A stretch of DNA of 52,437 nucleotides from a bacterium (lineage in GTDB: Bacteria > JACRDZ01 > JAQUKH01), in contig JAQUKH010000001.1 in assembly GCA_028719205.1 (NCBI GenBank), forward strand, positions 144,603 through 197,039, written 5' to 3'. The notes under the pieces are model-generated. The model ran no database searches. It saw only the letters and a list, made by a program, of their open reading frames with translations, and was not told where the DNA came from. Position numbers and translations under genes: made by a program. Shown here in pieces: positions 10,003 through 19,211 of the stretch (its first letter is position 1; the number at the start of each line of letters is the position of its first letter).

Positions 10003-10284
10003 TTATATAACAAAACCTTTCTGTTTCACTAGCCTGTCTTTAACCTTTTTCAGAAGGCTATAATGGTCTATTGATCCATCCTTAATCTCTTTCTGATGTT
10101 GTTCTATTATCATTTTTGCTTCCTTGTCAATATCATCTTCCTGTTTCATATTCTCTAATATAACGCCGGATATCTTAGTTTGTAAAACATCTAAAGTAGC
10201 ATTTAATGTAATTCCCTTATAACCTTGCATTTTTAAGGCAATCTCTTTTCCCATATTTACAATTTTGTCTTCATTAATACGCAT
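10003..10284 (-). CDS. DUF507-like small protein
   Basis: MRINED.., EDDIDKEAK, KVKDRLVKQKGFVI; start moved to ATG 10284, which follows a GAGG SD. Confidence 0.65.
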   Translation of the reverse strand: MRINEDKIVNMGKEIALKMQGYKGITLNATLDVLQTKISGVILENMKQEDDIDKEAKMIIEQHQKEIKDGSIDHYSLLKKVKDRLVKQKGFVI

Positions 10285-10324
10285 TTTTAACCTCATCTAT
10301 TAATTTAAAAAAGTAATTTTACCT

Positions 10325-10969
10325 TTATTTGCAGGTTTTGTCAAGATTAATGAAAGGATTTTTGATAACGCGTATACCTGACAGTTTTTTTATTATTTCC
10401 AGATTTGATTTTTCTGAAAGGTCCTCCATATCAGGACTTGTTTTATTAAAAACAAGGCAAATTATTTTAATTTTATTTGAAAGTAAAGCATTAATTGTTA
10501 ACAGGGTATGATTGATGGTTCCAAGGCCCGGACGACAAACAACTATAACGGAAAGACCTAATTTTTTAATAAGATCAATAACAAAATAATTTTTTTTGAT
10601 AGGTACCAGAACCCCCCCTATCCCCTCAACTACCATAAATTCATGTTTTTTGCATAATTTTTCATATGATGAATATATTTTGTTTAAATTTATCTCTCTT
10701 TTTTCAATTAATGAAGCAGGATACGGAGCAATCTGTGTTTTAAAACAAATTGGATTAATAAGTTCCAACGGATCACTCACCCCTGCCGCTTTTTTCAATA
10801 TTAAAGCGTCATTTGAAACAAAATGGTTTCCCCTTTTTTTGCCTCCGCTTCCAACCGGTTTCATAATACCGACATTAATACCTTTTTCCTTTAAGCCGCA
10901 CGCAATTGCCGCGCTAATTATTGTTTTGCCAACCCCGGTATCGGTTCCTGTAATAAATATTCCCCGCAT
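10325..10969 (-). CDS. bioD: Dethiobiotin synthase
   Basis: FITGTDTGVGKT, MKPV.SG, VEG.GG, LGTINHTLL. Confidence 0.96.
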   Translation of the reverse strand: MRGIFITGTDTGVGKTIISAAIACGLKEKGINVGIMKPVGSGGKKRGNHFVSNDALILKKAAGVSDPLELINPICFKTQIAPYPASLIEKREINLNKIYSSYEKLCKKHEFMVVEGIGGVLVPIKKNYFVIDLIKKLGLSVIVVCRPGLGTINHTLLTINALLSNKIKIICLVFNKTSPDMEDLSEKSNLEIIKKLSGIRVIKNPFINLDKTCK

Positions 10970-10972
10970 AGA

Positions 10973-12325
10973 TCAAATTTCCTCTGTAACCTTTTTTATC
11001 GCTTTATGAACAATATCAAGCATAGCTTTTATTTCATTTTTTAAAATTGATAACGGCGGCATCAAGACGATCACGTTACCAAGAGGCCTGATAATAAGTC
11101 CGTTTTTGCGCGCTTCCTTAGTAACTTTTATACCGATCTTTTCATCCCATAAATATGGAACTTTCGTTCTTTTATTTTTCACAAGCTCAAGCCCAACCAT
11201 CATTCCGCATTGACGGATATCACCAACATGTTCTAATTCTATAAATTTTTCTAAATTATTTTTAAAATATTCAATTTTCGGTATCAATCTTTTTAATGTT
11301 TCCTCTTTTTTAAATATTTTTAAATTGGCCAATGCAACCGCGCACCCTATAGGGTTACCGGTGTAACTGTGCCCATGGAAAAATGTTTTCATTTCCTTAT
11401 AATCACCCAAAAATGCTTTATAAATATTTTCTTTCACTAATGTAGCGGCTAAGGGAATATAGCCTCCTGTAATACCTTTAGCTATACACATAATATCAGG
11501 TATTACATTTTCCCGCTCACAGGCAAACATCGTCCCTGTCCGTCCAAATCCTGTAGCTACTTCATCAGCGATCAGCAGGATATTGTATTTATCGCAAAGC
11601 CTTCTCACTTCATCCAGAAAACCGGGTGGCGCAACGATCATCCCGCCTGCACCCTGTATCAACGGTTCAATAATTAAACCCGCTATTTTATTATGATTTT
11701 TTTTGATCAATATTTCTAACTTATTAACACATCTGCTTTTATTTATATTTTTACAATTATGTTTTTCTTTGCACCGATAACAATATGGATATTCCGCGAA
11801 AATTGTTTTAAAGAGCAATGACCTGTAACATTGATGAAAAAGGCCGATTCCCCCGACACTTACAGCGCCAACTGTATCGCCGTGATATGCATTCTTAAAA
11901 GCGATGAAATTTTTCTTTTTTGGTTCAGGATCAGCCTTTTGCTTCCAATATTGAAAAGCAATTTTTAACGCGATTTCAACCGATGTCGCGCCATTATCCG
12001 AATAAAATAGCTTAGTTAATCCTTTTGGCGCGATATTAATAAGTTTTTCAGCAAGTTCAATAGCGGCAGGATGAGACAAACCTAAAAGCGTGGAATGAGC
12101 TATTTTTTTTAATTGAGACCTGAAAGCGTCATTTAATTCTTTTTTTTGATGTCCATGAACTGTCAACCACAACGAAGAAACACCATCAATATACTTATTT
12201 CCATAAATATCATACAAATAGACCCCTTTTCCTTTTTCTATTATAAGGGGCACTTCAGAACAATAATCCTTCATCTGAGTAAAGGGATGCCATATGTATT
12301 TTTTGTCTTTTTCCTCCAAACTCAT
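10973..12325 (-). CDS. bioA: Adenosylmethionine--8-amino-7-oxononanoate aminotransferase
   Basis: WHPFTQM, AYHGDT, IADEVATGFGRTG, AKGITGGY, HGHSYTGNP. Confidence 0.96.
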   Translation of the reverse strand: MSLEEKDKKYIWHPFTQMKDYCSEVPLIIEKGKGVYLYDIYGNKYIDGVSSLWLTVHGHQKKELNDAFRSQLKKIAHSTLLGLSHPAAIELAEKLINIAPKGLTKLFYSDNGATSVEIALKIAFQYWKQKADPEPKKKNFIAFKNAYHGDTVGAVSVGGIGLFHQCYRSLLFKTIFAEYPYCYRCKEKHNCKNINKSRCVNKLEILIKKNHNKIAGLIIEPLIQGAGGMIVAPPGFLDEVRRLCDKYNILLIADEVATGFGRTGTMFACERENVIPDIMCIAKGITGGYIPLAATLVKENIYKAFLGDYKEMKTFFHGHSYTGNPIGCAVALANLKIFKKEETLKRLIPKIEYFKNNLEKFIELEHVGDIRQCGMMVGLELVKNKRTKVPYLWDEKIGIKVTKEARKNGLIIRPLGNVIVLMPPLSILKNEIKAMLDIVHKAIKKVTEEI

Positions 12326-13317
12326 AAATTAACCTCTAGACCCAGATCCTCGATCATTTCCCAATCTAATTCATGAGGCCGGCCCGCTGTAGTCAAATAA
12401 TTTCCGATCATCATACCGCTCGCGCCGGCATAAAATATCCAGCTTTGAAGCTGTCTGAGATTTTTCTCCCTGCCTCCGCACACCTTAATATCTCTTGATG
12501 GCAGTATAATTCTAAAAATAGAAATAATATTAAGTATTTCCATCGGTTCCAAAGGAGGCTGCTTTTCTAATGGCGTACCGGGAATAGGATTAAGAAAATT
12601 AAGCGGAATTGAATCAACTTCAAGTTCTCGCAGTGAAAATGCAAGGTCAAGGCGGTCGTCCCATGTTTCACCCATTCCAAATATACCTCCTGAACATGCC
12701 TGCAGACCGTATTTTTTCACTATTTTAACTGTTTTTACCCGGTCAGCCCAGGTATGCGTTGTGCAAATTTCCTTAAAAAATCGTTCTGATGTCTCCAGAT
12801 TATGATGATAGCGGGTTATGCCTGCATCCTTTAACATTTTGCAGGTTTCATCGGTTAATTCGCCTAAGGAGGCACAAGGCTTAATATCTATTTCATTTGA
12901 TATTCGTTTTACCGCGGAAATTATCCTTAAAAGGTCACTCTTCTTCTCTATGCTGCATCCGCTGGTAATAAGGCCATACCTGCTTGCCTTTAATCCCTTT
13001 ATCCTTCTGGCGCCTTCCAGCATTTCATTTTCTTCTACCAACGGATATGTCTTAACATTTGCTGAGTTATGTCCTGATTGCGCGCAATATTTACAATCTT
13101 CCGAACAATTTCCTGATTTAATATTCGCGATCCCGCAAAGATTGATTTTATCACTAAAATATTTTTCACGTATCTTATTTGCAAGGTGATGTATTTCAAA
13201 GGGGCTTTTCTGAATTAAGGAAACAATTTCAGCCGCTTCAACCCTGCCTATATCAATACCACGGCTTAATTTTTGCTCAATTTTATCTATAAATGATTTT
13301 ATTTTCATATTTCCCAT
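12322..13317 (-). CDS. bioB: Biotin synthase (radical SAM)
   Basis: CSEDCKYCAQS (CxxxCxxC), YHHNLETS, CSGGIFGMGE, GNYLTT. Confidence 0.97.
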   Translation of the reverse strand: MGNMKIKSFIDKIEQKLSRGIDIGRVEAAEIVSLIQKSPFEIHHLANKIREKYFSDKINLCGIANIKSGNCSEDCKYCAQSGHNSANVKTYPLVEENEMLEGARRIKGLKASRYGLITSGCSIEKKSDLLRIISAVKRISNEIDIKPCASLGELTDETCKMLKDAGITRYHHNLETSERFFKEICTTHTWADRVKTVKIVKKYGLQACSGGIFGMGETWDDRLDLAFSLRELEVDSIPLNFLNPIPGTPLEKQPPLEPMEILNIISIFRIILPSRDIKVCGGREKNLRQLQSWIFYAGASGMMIGNYLTTAGRPHELDWEMIEDLGLEVNL

Positions 13318-13333
13318 TTATTTATTTTTATAC

Positions 13334-13363
13334 ATTATAATACATATATTAATTTATTGTCAA
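13334..13363 (-). promoter_or_regulatory. Sigma70 promoter of the bioB-bioA-bioD directon
   Basis: Exact TTGACA (13363-13358), N18, exact TATAAT (13339-13334). Confidence 0.75.
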
Positions 13364-13387
13364 CTATAGTTTATTTATGGTTTACCT
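13357..13387. promoter_or_regulatory. Candidate BirA operator (bioO) overlapping the bioB -35 box
   Basis: TTGTCAAC-N15-GTTTACCT, close to the BirA consensus TGT(A/T/C)AAC-N14-16-GTT(T/A/G)ACA; HTH-bearing birA is in the same directon. Confidence 0.65.
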
Positions 13388-13437
13388 AAAATTAATTCTT
13401 GACATAAATATTAAAATGGTCTAATCTCTACAAAATA

Positions 13438-14655
13438 ATGAGATATATTTTATTACATACAATCTTGTTTACATTTCTGATAAACGCCGCTTTTTCATCA
13501 GATCTTTCCGTTATTCAAACAAACAAAATTTCTCAAATTCAGCTTGCTTTAGCTGATAACAAATTAGATTTAAGATCTTTTAAAATTAATTTAGCCGGCA
13601 GGATCTTAAATCAGCCTATTATCCTGACCCCTGAAAATCTTGGAGAATGGGGAAAGATCTATTTTGAGGTTATTCCGCCTGATAACTATTCTTCAACGTT
13701 AAGTATTGACATATCCATAGATGCGGTTACATTCCGGAAAACCTCAAAAAATTCATTCTATTTTGAATTTGAGCCTGAAGATAATAAAACATATATAATT
13801 ACTATGCGTGTTTTAACAAATGATAACGCGGAAATAAGAACATTCAGGGAATATCCGATAACTTTTATAAGATTCCCTGAAAAACATTATTCTCAGCTCA
13901 TAAAGAATATTATTACAATAGCATTTAACAATAAAGATCCTTCTGCTTTTTTAAAACATCTTTCAAACACGTATACTGACCCTGAAAATAACCGTTATGA
14001 TGAAATAGAAGACAAATTAAACCTGGAATTTAAAAAATATAGTAATATTAAATTCACAATAAAAAATTTTGAAATCAGCAGATTGGATTCGGTAAAATTC
14101 AAGGTAACGTTTGAATGGACCAAATCATATGAAAAAAATGATGGAAATAATATTGAAAATATATTTGGAAAATCAATTTTTATTTTTGAAAATGACCTTA
14201 TAATTCAAACAAGCGGTGACTCAATATTTATGGATTCATCTGTAAATAAGCAATTATCTGCGAATTCCGGGGTGCTTAAAGGCGGAACCGTTAATCTGAC
14301 GCCGAATGAATCTTTTGAATTTTTAACAGAAACATTTTATAAAAATGACAGGTTTAAAGGCGATATAGCAGTAAAAAAAGACGGTAATTTTTTATCATTA
14401 TACGTTCCCGGAGGCGTGATACAGGATATGGGAATAACAGCATTATCGGAAATCAAAGAGGCACCTGAGACTGGATATTCAGAAGAAACACAGGTGATCA
14501 TTGGGCACAGCTATTGTCTCCGGAATAATAACAATAGATTCGCAAAACTTCAAATTACTTATGTTGAAGGCTCCGAAATCGGACAAACCTCCGTTCTTGT
14601 CAGTATAAATTGGATCTATCAGGAAAAAGAATGCAGGATATTAAGGCCTCAATAA
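13438..14655 (+). CDS. Secreted hypothetical protein with a central NTF2/SnoaL-like domain
   Basis: Signal peptide (..INAAFS); IAFNNKD..AFLKHLS..Y pattern typical of NTF2-like folds; TTGACA-N17-TAATCT promoter at 13399-13427. Confidence 0.55.
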   Translation: MRYILLHTILFTFLINAAFSSDLSVIQTNKISQIQLALADNKLDLRSFKINLAGRILNQPIILTPENLGEWGKIYFEVIPPDNYSSTLSIDISIDAVTFRKTSKNSFYFEFEPEDNKTYIITMRVLTNDNAEIRTFREYPITFIRFPEKHYSQLIKNIITIAFNNKDPSAFLKHLSNTYTDPENNRYDEIEDKLNLEFKKYSNIKFTIKNFEISRLDSVKFKVTFEWTKSYEKNDGNNIENIFGKSIFIFENDLIIQTSGDSIFMDSSVNKQLSANSGVLKGGTVNLTPNESFEFLTETFYKNDRFKGDIAVKKDGNFLSLYVPGGVIQDMGITALSEIKEAPETGYSEETQVIIGHSYCLRNNNNRFAKLQITYVEGSEIGQTSVLVSINWIYQEKECRILRPQ

Positions 14656-17612
14656 CTTTTTCCGAAACTGTTTCCTAAAATATACAGATCACTTCCGTCT
14701 ATTATTTTATCTTTATTCAGGTCAGCTTTCGGATTCCAGGTGCTTTCTCCCTGCGTTTTACCGAATGAAGATCCAAAAATAGAAAGATCCTCGCCATCTA
14801 TGATATGATTTAAATTAAGGTCTGATATTTCTATTGAATTCAAAAAGTAAATATTATCCCATTCAACAATTATACTGAAATCGCGTTTTGAATCTCCGTC
14901 CTGCCAATCAATCGCGTAATCTTTTATACCTGCCATATCTATTTTTTTATCTTCTTTTTTATCATAAAGAATTACGCGAAAATTAAGCGGCGGATTAATA
15001 ACATCCCAGGATAAGGTTGTTTTATCTTTAACATTAGTTTCAATTACAAAATCAAAGTTTGTAATCTCTAAAGCGCCAAAATTCCCGCATGCACGGTAAT
15101 CAGTTCTATATCTTCCATTATCCTTCCCCCAATCTGAATGAGGAAAATATAACGATACATAGCTTTCTACCGGAGGCGGTTCAGACAGATCATTGAAATC
15201 ATATCCGTTTTTCGCGCCGGGTAGAAATCCAAGATAATTTTCATTATCAATATAATTCTTTGACATTACTTTTAGTTTTAATCCCCACCCGTCATTTTTT
15301 ACTTTACGGGAAGGTGAATTTACAGTCATTAAACCGGTGGCATTAGCGTCATATTTTGGGAAAACAATAGTTATATCTTTATCACTTCTATTTTTAACCC
15401 AAAATCCAATATCCGGTGAAATAGTGGTAAGATCCAAATATGATCTTTTAGCGTTGGTAGTATCATAATCATATGTCAAAAACTGATTTTCAAGCCAGAT
15501 ATTAGATGTATCAGTGACATATATCTCAACAGTATCTTGTTTAACCTTGATCTTTGAACTTGCAATTTGGTAAGCGAATGGATCAGCAATTTGCGTCCAA
15601 CCGGGAGATAAAGAAATTGCAGAAACTTTATCAGGGTCAACAGAAGCACCGTTTACTTTAAGCGGTAACGTATCAGGTATATTATCTCCCTTAATTTTGA
15701 GCCAGAAAGCATCACCCGGATCAAAAGTTGTATCATAGTTATTAGAATATTCTTTTTTTGCGGTATTCCACCGGTAAACTCTTCTATCTTCCGATAAGCT
15801 TAACGCGTAATCAATATTTGAGCTGTCAAGGACCAATGGGAAGGAAACCATTTTCCATGTCCACGTAGGAAAAGGAACGGTATAACCGGCAACTTTAACG
15901 CTCAAATTTCCCACAACTTCTTTTTTATTATCCGCCCAATCAGTCGCAATGATCTTGTAAGAAATTCCCCTGGGGGTAATATATTCTTTTGGAATTTTTA
16001 TTGATTTTGTTAATTTCAGTATAGATAAACCTCCTTCCGTATATATTGGAACAAAGGCATTCTCACCTTCCCCGTTTTTCTTAACAAAAAATTCGCCTTT
16101 TGTTAAAGCGATATTGTCAGAGACAGTAACAGTTACATAAGAATCTTCACCGTTATTTAGTAAACCAAATAGATCAGTTCCTTCAATTTTAGGAACGGTA
16201 GTATCAAGGTTTAAATTAAGTGAAGTTACCGTTATAATTTTTGAATCTGATACTTTTGAGCCGTTATTATCTGTTACCCGGACTTTTGGATGATATGTAC
16301 CTGAGGAACCATAAATATATATAGCGGTATTTACATTATTATTTGTAAGATCGTATGTTCCGTTCCCGTCAAAATCCCATTCGTATAATGTAATTGAACC
16401 GTCATAATCAACTGCATTTGCGGTAAAGTTAATAGTTAATGGGAATCCCCCCGTGTCATGATTTGACGTTATATTTACTGCAGGTGGAAAATTTCTTTGA
16501 GTATATTTTGTGTTTGATTTGGGAAATGGATAATTATAAAAAACTACGCCACAAGTTCCAAAACTATCAGAAGAATCATAAATGCAGTTATTGATTATAC
16601 TATTATCAATAGTGCTCCACCAATTGTAATAAACAACATTTAAATCATTAGGCGAATTATTAACAAAATAATCGTTATTAACCGCACCTGTATCAAAAAT
16701 AAAGTTATTATATAAAGCATATATATTTGCGGAACTGCCTGTATTATAAATCCCTAATCCATCATTTGCGGAATTATAAGCAAGAGAACAACTGTCAAGA
16801 AAAAGTGTGCCATTATCGTTATATGCCGCACCACCATAATTAGCTTTATTATAATATAAGTTGCTTTCAAGAATATTAACCTGACTGTTATCTGATAATA
16901 ATATCCCGCCTCCGTTTTCAGTCATCAAGCCACAATTTCTTATTTCGCTGCTTGAAATAATAATTACCGAAGAAGGCGCGGCTTTAATTCCGTGTTTCGC
17001 ATTTTCCAAAATTGAGTTACTTAAAAACCCGATTGAAGAAGTATCAAATAAAATCCCTTCCCAATCTCCCGTTTCTAAAGAAGTAAATCTTATAAAATTA
17101 TTGCTTTCACCGATGGCATATAGCGCACCCTTTACATTAAAATGCGCGCTCGAACTAAATTTCAGCTCTGAGCCTGCTCCAATTACTAAAACAGCGCCTG
17201 TATCTATTACAACATCCGAAGTAATAAAATATTCGCCGGGGATTAAATTAGCATAACCGGAAATTGTTCCTGATAAATTATTTATGGTCTGTTGTAAAGC
17301 AAATATTTCTGTTGTGTCTGCGCCAACATAATTTGTTCCACTATATACTTGTACTTTCGGATAATAAATTCCTACTGTATTATAAGTATAAACCGCCGTA
17401 CTTTCCGTATTGCTTGTTTCATAAGCCCCATCTCCATCCAGATCCCATTCATAAATGTAAATCGCTGGGGCAGTAACTTCAACTCTAAAGTTTACTTGTA
17501 ATGGGGCAACTCCGCTATTTTTGTCATACAACAAACTCACATCCACTGCGGATAATGGGGCTTGCAATAAGCTTAATATTGCTATGATTAATAAAATATT
17601 TATTTTTTTCAT
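14649..17612 (-). CDS. Large secreted multidomain protein: PKD, beta-helix, PKD, Ig-like, C-terminal dockerin-like domain
   Basis: Signal peptide from ATG 17612 (MKKINILL); PKD motifs YEWDLDGDG and YEWDFDGNG; GG.I/GG.A beta-helix repeats; duplicated Ca-loop tail DLNLNHIIDGEDL...DLNKDKIIDGSDL. Confidence 0.75.
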   Translation of the reverse strand: MKKINILLIIAILSLLQAPLSAVDVSLLYDKNSGVAPLQVNFRVEVTAPAIYIYEWDLDGDGAYETSNTESTAVYTYNTVGIYYPKVQVYSGTNYVGADTTEIFALQQTINNLSGTISGYANLIPGEYFITSDVVIDTGAVLVIGAGSELKFSSSAHFNVKGALYAIGESNNFIRFTSLETGDWEGILFDTSSIGFLSNSILENAKHGIKAAPSSVIIISSSEIRNCGLMTENGGGILLSDNSQVNILESNLYYNKANYGGAAYNDNGTLFLDSCSLAYNSANDGLGIYNTGSSANIYALYNNFIFDTGAVNNDYFVNNSPNDLNVVYYNWWSTIDNSIINNCIYDSSDSFGTCGVVFYNYPFPKSNTKYTQRNFPPAVNITSNHDTGGFPLTINFTANAVDYDGSITLYEWDFDGNGTYDLTNNNVNTAIYIYGSSGTYHPKVRVTDNNGSKVSDSKIITVTSLNLNLDTTVPKIEGTDLFGLLNNGEDSYVTVTVSDNIALTKGEFFVKKNGEGENAFVPIYTEGGLSILKLTKSIKIPKEYITPRGISYKIIATDWADNKKEVVGNLSVKVAGYTVPFPTWTWKMVSFPLVLDSSNIDYALSLSEDRRVYRWNTAKKEYSNNYDTTFDPGDAFWLKIKGDNIPDTLPLKVNGASVDPDKVSAISLSPGWTQIADPFAYQIASSKIKVKQDTVEIYVTDTSNIWLENQFLTYDYDTTNAKRSYLDLTTISPDIGFWVKNRSDKDITIVFPKYDANATGLMTVNSPSRKVKNDGWGLKLKVMSKNYIDNENYLGFLPGAKNGYDFNDLSEPPPVESYVSLYFPHSDWGKDNGRYRTDYRACGNFGALEITNFDFVIETNVKDKTTLSWDVINPPLNFRVILYDKKEDKKIDMAGIKDYAIDWQDGDSKRDFSIIVEWDNIYFLNSIEISDLNLNHIIDGEDLSIFGSSFGKTQGESTWNPKADLNKDKIIDGSDLYILGNSFGKSY

Positions 17613-17613
17613 T

Positions 17614-19152
17614 CTATCTGGCCTTTTTATTAGCTTTATCCGGCGGCCCCGGCGGCAAATCATTTACTTTAAATTCCCTGAAATATCTCATCGATTTATT
17701 ACCTAACATATCTTCCAATTCTACAGAAACTTTCCAATTCCCATCAGCCTTTCTGCCAAGAAATTTATATGGTGTTACCGTTATTGCGTATTTTTTCAAA
17801 CTATAATCATATTGCATAACTAATTGGAAGGAGCTCCCATTCTGGTGAAATAAAGTCAAATTTATATATTTTTTCATTTCTGAAAATTCATCGTCAGCTT
17901 CAACAGATATTTCAACTGATTCTTCTATATTAACCGGGTTTGGCGTAATATTAAAACTCGTTAAATTTGGAGGGCGCGTATCCAGATAAACCACCCTGGT
18001 TTCTCTGCTTTCATTTCCCGCTCCGTCAACAGCGCGAAATTCCAGGATATTTTTACCTTCATTAAGCATATAATTAGTATTAATAATACCTGCAATTAAA
18101 TGAATTTCCTGCCCATTAATAAAAAATTTGAGTCCTTCCTTCGCAACGTCATATTTATAAATAGTCTGAATACTTTTTTCACCATCTTTATTAACAGAGG
18201 TAAAACTAAAATTTATATTCCCCCCCGTTGCCCTGTCAGTTACTAAACCGACTATTCTTAAATTTCTGTTATTTGTAGCCCTCTTTCCAAATTCAGAAGT
18301 TGTGACCTTAATTATTGGAGGAGAAGTATCTTCACCTGTATTTATTGTGAAATTAAAATTACCATTTTCATCTGATTTTGTTGTAAGCGATTGTCCTGTA
18401 GAAGAGACCATATTAATCGTATTCCCGGGATCTGCCTGGCCTTTTATACTTGCCACACCTTTATCATTTTCAACAGATAATATTTTTGGAGAATTAATCT
18501 CCCCTTTTTTAATTAATTCTTCCTTTGCCTTTTCCAGATTTTCAAAACGTTCGAAATCAGAACCTGAAAGGACCCCGCTCCCGATAAAAGCTCCATCTAT
18601 ACCGACCAGAAAATATTTATTTTCTTCAATTACCTGTTCCCCTCCCGTTTTTATCGAACGCACATAACCTAAACCGCTCTTCAGCCCGATCCATGTCTCT
18701 CCATTTGGCTCAACGTGGATAAATACCGTTGTTCCCCGGAAACCAACCAGCGCTACGGGCGTTTCTATCTCAAAAGTATCTCCCTTTTTTAATTTCTCAA
18801 TTTTTCCGACCAGATCTCCGGCAAATAATTTAAAAGAAAATTTCTTTGTATTTGATTTATTATCCGTAAACAATTTTTGTATATCAAAAGTTGTATTTTC
18901 ACCAATATTAAAGATACTGTCATCAGGAAGCCTTAATTCAACCTTAGTTTTAAGCCTTGTCCTGATGCGGTCTTTCGGATAAAGCATCATTTTAAGCTTA
19001 ACATCTTCCCATTCTTGCTTTTGAGCTCTTTTTGCCTCAGCTTTACCTTCATAATAAATAAGCTGAGCTTCTTCTTTGGTTTCTTTTGCCGCAAATGAAT
19101 ATACCATTGGCATTATCATCAAAACTAAAATAACAAATTTAATATTTCTCAT
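17614..19152 (-). CDS. FecR-domain protein with C-terminal Ig-like domains
   Basis: Signal peptide; D.IRT..VEL..PDDS.F.IGENT and FEIETPVALVGFRGT FecR motifs; DT.PP and A.D.AGN Ig-like motifs. Confidence 0.8.
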   Translation of the reverse strand: MRNIKFVILVLMIMPMVYSFAAKETKEEAQLIYYEGKAEAKRAQKQEWEDVKLKMMLYPKDRIRTRLKTKVELRLPDDSIFNIGENTTFDIQKLFTDNKSNTKKFSFKLFAGDLVGKIEKLKKGDTFEIETPVALVGFRGTTVFIHVEPNGETWIGLKSGLGYVRSIKTGGEQVIEENKYFLVGIDGAFIGSGVLSGSDFERFENLEKAKEELIKKGEINSPKILSVENDKGVASIKGQADPGNTINMVSSTGQSLTTKSDENGNFNFTINTGEDTSPPIIKVTTSEFGKRATNNRNLRIVGLVTDRATGGNINFSFTSVNKDGEKSIQTIYKYDVAKEGLKFFINGQEIHLIAGIINTNYMLNEGKNILEFRAVDGAGNESRETRVVYLDTRPPNLTSFNITPNPVNIEESVEISVEADDEFSEMKKYINLTLFHQNGSSFQLVMQYDYSLKKYAITVTPYKFLGRKADGNWKVSVELEDMLGNKSMRYFREFKVNDLPPGPPDKANKKAR

Positions 19153-19166
19153 TTTTTCCTATTCTT

Positions 19167-19211
19167 ACCTCCCCCTTCCCCTCCTTGGCAAGGAGGGGAT
19201 TTAGGGGTGGT
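19167..19211. repeat. REP-like palindromic element, copy 1
   Basis: ACCTCCCCCTTCCCCTCCTTGGCAAGGAGGGGATTTAGGGGTGGT; inner stem TCCCCTCCTT/AAGGAGGGGA; 43/45 identical to 46267-46311. Confidence 0.85.

Noticed and set aside
17613-17663. Extended N-termini in the ORF track (MICRRGRR.. here; likewise 21028, 25087, 25787)
   Set aside because: Downstream ATGs give proper signal peptides or family N-termini and smaller overlaps
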